Assembly: GCA_051362555.1 (NCBI GenBank)
Contig: CM120641.1
Coordinates: forward strand, 6,386,001-6,450,000
DNA from: Lingula anatina
Lineage: Eukaryota; Animalia; Brachiopoda
Direction of reading: 5' to 3'
DNA length: 64,000 bases
Of this stretch, positions 24,380 to 64,000 are shown piece after piece (within the stretch, counting starts at the first letter, position 1; each line of letters begins with the position of its first letter). The notes under the pieces were generated by a model. That model worked only from the letters and a program-made list of their open reading frames with translations. It did no database searches and had not been told where the DNA came from. Position numbers and translations under genes: made by a program.

Positions 24380-26392
24380 ATGTTCGGAGAAAAAGCTCTA
24401 GAACTGATAAAAGAATTACAAAGATGCTTAGATGGATCTTTGCCTCCTTTCAATGTAAGTTATTTCGCTGTAACTAACGAATAACTAAAGACCGACAAAA
24501 TAGAATAGGAGCGATTCTGAATGTCGAAAATGGTAATGAAAGTGCTGAAGTTTGTGTGTGTTTACTAGGTATGTATGATTGCCATTGTATTAATTAATTA
24601 AATTGAATTGGTTTACGACTTGTTACAGGAAGAGGGTGTTCGGCAGGTTTTAGAGGAAATGAAAGCATTGTTTGAACAGAACCAGGGGGATGTGTAAGTG
24701 TTTAAAGGAAGGTCAATCAATCAATCACACTGCTACTTCCAGTACATGTTAATGTCAGTGTTTCCAATAAGTGATACGTCATTAAACTTGTACTTACTTA
24801 ATATTTTTCAAAGTTTTTTTCTGTAAATAGTTTATAAATATAACATATTTATACTGACTTAACATAATTCAAGTATTGTTATTATTGTTATTGTTAATAT
24901 GTTATTGTTTTTATACTAATTTCCCAAATTATATTTTGTTTAGGAGTGCAACTGTAGCTGGTGAAACTGGTTTGTTTGCTGGTGTTCAACTAAGACATGC
25001 TGCATTAGAAAGAAATAAAAGATGCCTACTGGCTTATCTGTAAGTTTCAGCATGGATAGCAGTGTTTGAAATAACCAAAGGCCCTGACCCTAGGTGCAAA
25101 ATTAATCCAATTAGATGACTGTATCAACCACGGTCTCTGTTTGAGTTACTCTCTTTCATAATAACCAGGATATTAAGTTGTCAGTCTCTCAAAGCATTTC
25201 TATAGAGATAATTGTAATGCAAAATGTGAAAAAGGCCATTGAAAACCGTACCTAGGTTTTCTGCACCCCCTTCTGGATTTCAATGAATATCTGATATGAA
25301 TATATTTAATTTTTAATTTTAATTGAATTTCTTTTTTAGTGTTTAGCTATCCAGTGAAATTTATTCTCATTTCAGATACAATCGAATACAACAAATAAAA
25401 AAAATGAGGTGGGAATTCGGAAGTGTGCTTCCTCAAGATATAAGATACAATTTATCTGAACAAGAGGTCAGATAGTCACTTTGAATTTTAAAAAATCATT
25501 TTCCACATAGAAAGCTATTTATTAATTATATTTATTAAAAATAATTAACAACAGCATTTGCAGCTCTATAATTTAACAGAGAGATACAAAGGTCAAGTCC
25601 AATTCAGTTTATAGTTAATAATCACTGTTAGGATGTTTGTTAAAACCATTTATCAAAATCTGTTTCGTAGGTCCAGTGGTTTAATAGATATAATAAGTGC
25701 TTGGCTAATTACATGCGGTCAATTGGTGAGGATGGAGGCCTAGACTTGACACAAGACATCAAACCCCCCAAAACTTTATACATTGAGGTAAGGACCTTTT
25801 TTGTGATTTTCACCAAATAACGAAATCTCATGTCATCTTTGGACATATTCCAGAAAATTGATGTAATGATATAGCCTGACAAAGAAATTACACCATTGCA
25901 CCATGTTAATTCCATACTGAATATTTGGGGCAAGTTTTACATTATGATTGGAGTAATTGAACTAAGCTAGGACTGCTGAACTTAATAGTCAACTATAAAA
26001 CTGGAGTATTTGAATTCAGCTATGGCTGCTTTTAAGCTAAGACTGCTAAACTCAGACAACTACATATTTTGCTTAATTTGTTCAGGTTCGATGTACAACA
26101 GACCATGGAGAATTTGAAACCCAGGACGGGAATGTTTTAGTGCTGAAGAAAAATAGTCAGGTGAGGAAAAATATTGTAAAACTTTATGTAAGAAACTTTT
26201 GAATGAATTGGTTCTTTTCACTCAACTGGATCTATGTTAAGATAATTAAATTAACTTATCATTAAATTTAAATGTTTTGTTGGTATGTCTTAGAACATCA
26301 GAAGTTATATTTGTACATTTCAGCATTTTTTATTAAGATCAGAATGTGAGCACCTAATTCGGCAAGGGATCCTAGAACATATTGTCCATTGA
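24380..26392 (+). CDS. GINS1: DNA replication complex GINS subunit Psf1, 195 aa
   Basis: 7 GT-AG exons: 24380-24454, 24629-24693, 24944-25039, 25376-25466, 25671-25787, 26086-26160, 26324-26392 (588 nt). Translation [13 protein letters not shown]...[18 protein letters not shown]...[19 protein letters not shown]...RWEFGSVLP...[13 protein letters not shown]...[20 protein letters not shown]...LKKNSQHFL...[12 protein letters not shown] is clearly Psf1. It is missed by the ORF track because all exons are short. Confidence 0.97.
25948..26062. repeat. Short degenerate tandem repeats in GINS1 intron 5
   Basis: TGGAGTAxTTGAA and AAGCTA(G/A)GACTGCT(G/A)AACT units each recur. Confidence 0.55.
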
Positions 26393-29300
26393 GAAAGACT
26401 TGGGTGTCAAGACTGAAAGCTTTTCTGAATATGGTTGTTGATTATGGAGTTGTTGCACTTGTGAACAAAAAAAGTTTTTGAAAAGTAAACCGATTGCTGA
26501 TTATAAGAAAAAAGAGGCAGTTTCTTGCAGACATTTTCTGCATTACACAATGCTCAGAATTACAAAAGTTTAAGTATACAAGACATATTTTATTTTTAAC
26601 AGTAATTTCAGTGTAGCACCTTAATTTTTGTTTAAGGTCTGAGAAAAACTCTAAGTTCATGCAATCATAATTATTTATCAATTGTCTGCAAATTTATTAT
26701 CGATTTGGTGAAATTTGGGTTATTTGGCTGAAAGACCAAAGATCTGCTGGCATGATCGCAGGTAATACATATACACGATGAGAAGCTTATTTCTTCAAAG
26801 AGTAGTTTATTTCAAGCTTGTCACCTCTCCTGTTGGTACAAAGAGATAATAATCATTGTTAATAACGTGTACTTGTAAAATAACATAACAATAAAAGGCC
26901 AAAAACATCCTGAAGTTGTTCTCACAGTGTTGTTTAAATAATCATGTAACAACAATAACCTGTTTGCTTTTGAAAGACAATGGAGTTCAAATTTAACCAA
27001 CACGTTGAGCAAATGTCTGTAACATCTTTAAAATTGTCCCTTTCTGATTACGCCATGAATCAAGATAATCAAGACTCTTGGAAGCTTTGTCTCAACGGTA
27101 ATTAGAAATTTCAACAAGTTATGCAATAAAGATAACAAAGCAGTACAATATGTGTAACTCCTGCATGCATGATCTGATCATAACTAATCATAATTTGGAA
27201 CCCTCAGAATATCTGTGAGAACTGAGAAATTCAATTATGATCATTTTTCCCCTCCTGTCTGTAGAATATTTTTGAGAAACAATGTAAATTTTTTAAATAA
27301 CTCTTTAATACTCTCCATAACAAGAAGGACAAATGATTCAAATTTTTTTATCATCAATTAAAGGCTGTAAAACCTAGAAAAAAAATTCAACTCTGAAACT
27401 GAGCAAAATTAGAAAAAGCCACGCTACATGAAAATATACAATCGAAACAAAGCGATCTAAATCAGACAGCCTTTTCAGATGAAATCAATTAATGAAAAGT
27501 CTAATTACTAGTTACTTTTATCTCACCATAATTCAAAAACAACCAAGGCACTGTTGTGGCATTATCATAATTAGGTTTTACTGTTGATATTCTGCATTTC
27601 ATACTCCTCAAAGAGCAAGCCTTAACACTCCTCAACAGTAGTATGTCCATCTTCCACTCACTTCATCAGTCACTCTCCTCAGTAAATTTGGATTAGATAA
27701 TTAAGTGATGCATATTTTCAACATGTTAGTAGTTACCATTGCTTAACCTCTATTTCTTGTACATTTTTCATATGCATTTTAGATGTTATGATCATTTTGA
27801 TCAGTTTATAAAAGGTTATCTTTTTCTTAATTCAGCTTCACTGGTAAAAGGGGAAATGTTTTTTGAAAATTAACCAAGTCTAAAATGTCTATTACAAGCA
27901 AAATCGTTCTTTGTTTATACTGCCCAAATATTTTCAAATTATTAAATGAGATACATAGGATAAGTTTGTTATAAAATTAGTTAAAAATTAGAATACACTT
28001 TTCTCCTTCATATTATATCAAGATGGTTAATCTCTATAAGTTACATGTACCTCCAAATAGTTTCCATATGTGACCTTCATAATGCAGTTGAATTTGAAGA
28101 CCAAACATGGAAATGTGTCCAAATGTAGTTAAAAGAAGTTACTGACAATTATTTATAATGGCAAAAACCAAAGCAAGGTCATGATAACTGAAAAAATGTA
28201 TATCAAAAACATTCAACAATATCCAATAATTCTTTGGACATTTGTTTTGTCAAGGTAGTATGTGGTCCATATACAAAAGTTTAAATCATAATGCACTAAT
28301 ATTGGATTTTTTTAGTTTCTTTTTTTTTTCTCTCATAAATATAACCACCATATTATGATTAATATAGTTTATACAAAATGTCCCTCAACCAAGTTTATAA
28401 CACACAAAAAGACATCCGCACAGATACAAAATTTTCCCTAATACGTGTAAAAAAAATTTTTTTTTGATCCCAGTAAAAATACACTCCAAATTGAAGTCAA
28501 TTATTCACATCTTTCACCACACATCCATTCACATTCACAGAGATAAGAGTCAAAGAAGACAAAAGACTACTGTTCAGGAGCGTTCTGTGCTCTTTAAGAG
28601 GAAATGAAAGTACATATATATCATTCAAGTATTAAATATGATCATAGATTTTACATACCGATTTTTTTCTTAAAATTTTGATGCACAAGTTCTAAATTCA
28701 AGACAGAGACTAGTTGTTCTATTCACAAGTTTTTTTTTTCAATCATCTACTTCATTAAGCAGAAGGTGAAATATAACAAAAAAAAAAAAAAAAAGCAATA
28801 TATTTTTACCCATCTGTATAAAATATCCACCGAAATGATCCTCAAGACAAAAAATATTTCACATTGGTCTTACTTTAAGATTGTAAATCTGTAATACTGA
28901 TTTCACCTCTTGGTCCTTAAAACTTGGAAACAAGTGAATGTTGTGCTCTTTTCTGTGACAACCATATTTCATAGAGCCAAACATGGGTGCACCATTTTTT
29001 TTTCTCAAACTTCAGGTGATTGATTTGAGGTACTTCACCTTTCATAAACAATGATGACAACAATTTATAAATATAAAACAGTCTCACTATTTTTTCTCAT
29101 GACCTATTCTTAAATACCTACCTATTTAACCCCATGATAATTAGTGAAGTATTTACAATGAAAAACTACATGAATATAAGCTATAGCTGATCAACATCTA
29201 CATGTCTTATATTATATTCAGCTGAGTGTATATATGCAAGTGAACAAACTAGGTAGACATTTATCGATACATATGTTCATATCTACATGACAAATAACAG

Positions 29301-29537
29301 TATCAAATCTATTCTTTCCAAACCCATAGAAAAACAATGGAACAAGATTATGCCAGTGAAACAAATGAAACTGGACTGGCCACTTAAATTACTATTGCCT
29401 TCATGTTTTTGTTGTTTTTCTGAAAAGTTATTTAAACCAATAAATATATTTAAAAAAAACTGCATATTGCTGGAATGGGTAGTTGCATGGAAGCTCAAGA
29501 CTGTAATCTCTATACAGGCCTGCCAGTGTTGCAATGT

Positions 29538-61268
<31,731 letters not shown>

Positions 61269-61971
61269 CTACAAAGAGAAATAAAATGATAAACAATTTC
61301 AATTGTGTAATACACCACTTGAGGTCATGATTCTATAAAAATTATTTTAATTTTGTACAATTTTCTGATAAATTATTAAGTTACCATTCTAGGGGTTGAC
61401 AACTTTTTCATAGGTATGATATTTCTAAATTTATTATTATTTGGGAAATCAAGCTGTCTTTTGCCCACTTCATGTCAAGGTTATGCTGTATCACTAACCA
61501 CTTGAGGTTTTGAAATGCATTTAATTACATAGTATAAGACTTTGGCCATAGGAAAACTACCCTTTACCATATAATTAAATAAAAATTACACTTGACTATG
61601 CGTCTGCCTTTAAGACAAAATGAACATTAATCAGGGCAGGCTCTCCCCTTTCTCCCAGTACATTCCTCCCCCTGCACGTATCCAGTGCAGGTGATCTAGT
61701 CTATCTTTTATTCACTGAGCCATGATTTTTTATATTTCATATAATAAGTAATCCTCACACGCTAAATATAACTATACAAACAGGTCATCACCTGCATACT
61801 GCACTATTTGTGAATAATTCATTATACATACAATACGATCTAGGTTCCAACTTCAATGCACCTGTACTGATGCTGGTATGAAACAACAACACAGAGCTAT
61901 GGAGTGATGACTAAAACTAAACAGCAATATTCATGATAACAGATATCATAAACCACCAAAATGATGCCTAC

Positions 61972-61986
61972 CTTCTCAGTCATCTT
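61972..61986 (-). CDS. MAPKBP1: Candidate tiny 5' exon of the MAPKBP1-like gene (M-T-E-K)
   Basis: Poly-pyrimidine tract + ataag|AAG ATG ACT GAG AAG|gtaggc. The phase-0 donor fits the phase-0 acceptor at 61268, giving MTEK-VTLERVLG. A at -3 of the ATG. Confidence 0.4.
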
Positions 61987-64000
61987 CTTATAATCCAATT
62001 AAAAAGAAAAAAAAACCCAGGTGAACATTAACTAGAAATACCACCACCACCTGTAGATGACTGTGCCCTCAATATGGACCAGCTCCAACATCTACTTTCC
62101 AGGCTATTACCTCTACTACCTGGTCTCATGTAACCTACAGTACATAACTATAGTGCCCTGGGTCAGAGATGTCAGGAAGGGAGACAGTGATGTGCTGGAG
62201 ATAGGAACACTCCACACACAGCAGAGATAAACCTACTTCCATACTGCATAATATGCTTAGGGCGGATGATGACTGTTGCTGGTTGTCATACATATTGATC
62301 TACATATGAGAATTTTAGTGTTATCACACCTTGACAATGTGATGAGGCTTAAATAATGACCCCTGACCTGTGATTAAGTATCTGGTCTTTGTTTTAACTT
62401 GTACATCAGGGGGGGAGTCCTTTAATTGCTAAGCATGTCACTAAAGTGTATTAAAATTGAAATAACAATTTTGTTATTCCACCCTAATGGACACCATGTT
62501 TATACATGTGTGTACATACAATCACACAACATCAAATTACCTTGAACATTCTGATCAGCTAATCTTTTCCTCTGACAATACAAGTCCAATATTCTCAGAA
62601 ATATAGTTACTAGCAGTAGGAACGTCACTGTTGCTGGACTGTAATAATAATGTTATCAGTCTGACTTGACACACATGCTACAGAATAAAATCACTTTTGT
62701 CTAGTCACTCGCTAATGCATCACACAATCACTTTAATAATGCTCCATCTGTGGTAAATCAAGGTGAACACCAACATATGTTTAAAAAGTTGCTTATTGTA
62801 GTTCTGATTCATCCAGCAGGAAATGGAAAAAATATTCAGACTGTTATGCTCCCTGTTCGGCAAACAGCACCTCTTTGACAGTTTAACAATGCTGCCTTCA
62901 GCTTTGTATCTGCAGTACAAGTATATATCCCAGTAGAAAGTGGGTTGCAATGAAGTCTCTACTTCAGAAGGATAAGCCTTCTTTCACCTCATCTGTAGTT
63001 ACAATTAAAATCAGCCCTCTCCCTTGCACTAGGGATTTCACCTGGGATTTTTCCCAATACATATATTGTAATGTATTCTGTTATCCACCCTTCAAGTCCA
63101 AGTGGCATGGTTCAATACAAAACAGGTTTATACTAGTAAGTAAGGAAAGACATGCAAATGAAAAAAATCTGTGTAATTCTGGACTTCTCATTTTGTCTTC
63201 ATCAAACTGATGATATGTACAACAATTGGTTGTATTTTCTACTCACTAAAATGTACAGTTTTACATAACATTTCACAAAATCTTGCTAGTATTTCCATTA
63301 AATGTTTTGCCATTTCTGTGATAACTAAATCTGATTCAACAAAGTCACGCCACTTTCCAATAAATGATGCATAAAACCAATTCAAACATAAATAAAGGTG
63401 CACAATACCTAATCTTATTAATTTCTAGTTCACTGTATTACCATGCAAACATATTACATTTACACCCAAAACTGCTGAATACCCAGGTCAGAACACAAGA
63501 CAAAAATAAATTATGTATCACAAGAATTATTCACACCAGTGCTGACACATCCAACATAAATCACGCAACATTTGTAATACCTGGATGGCCATTAATTATA
63601 GAAAAGGTTAATAATACTAATGTCTAGTGGGTGCATTCGATGAAGTCTTTAACTGGCAACATCATTTAGTGAAATGGTCGAGTGTATGTGATGTACTAGT
63701 ACCTGTGTCCAACATCACTTGGGTTCACGCTTTCTTGGATACAGGTTTTCGCCAGGATAGATTCTGTAATTAATATGTGTCGTGGGCGCCATGCATTGGG
63801 TAAGGCAATGTAACAGATCTCTGAAGTGGTCAGTTTTAAGCAAACCCAAGGAGACCACACATATACAATCTGCTCTTCCTAAACCAATCTCAACATAATA
63901 GACTTTACACACACATAGACATAAGCTTCACAGATAAAAGGTAACAAGGATCAGGTTGTAGAAAAGAAATACTATCCTTATCCGTCGAGTGCCTTGGGGA

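Overview
AT-rich, intron-rich animal genomic DNA with CpG-depleted gene bodies. It looks like an invertebrate bilaterian, possibly a lophotrochozoan, but the taxon is an inference. Three spliced protein-coding genes were reconstructed by hand from GT-AG junctions. (1) ABHD12-family lysophosphatidylserine/monoacylglycerol lipase: minus strand, 12 coding exons, 5006-24176, 379 aa. (2) GINS1/Psf1: plus strand, 7 exons, 24380-26392, 195 aa, head-to-head with ABHD12 across only 203 bp. (3) A very large MAPKBP1/WDR62-family WD40 scaffold: minus strand, at least 33 coding exons, 29538-61268, at least 2087 aa, 5' end uncertain. The left edge holds promoter and first-exon signals of a fourth minus-strand gene. 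Introns carry non-autonomous DNA transposons, including a young 964-bp long-TIR element nested in an older hAT-like MITE with an empty sister copy in the window, plus many microsatellites. Most notable: a CpG-rich, in-frame alternative first exon in ABHD12 intron 2 that would remove the transmembrane anchor; the ultra-compact ABHD12-GINS1 bidirectional promoter, whose gene arrangement is also seen in human; and a splice donor fused directly to a (GT)123 microsatellite. Most short ORFs in the supplied track are spurious.
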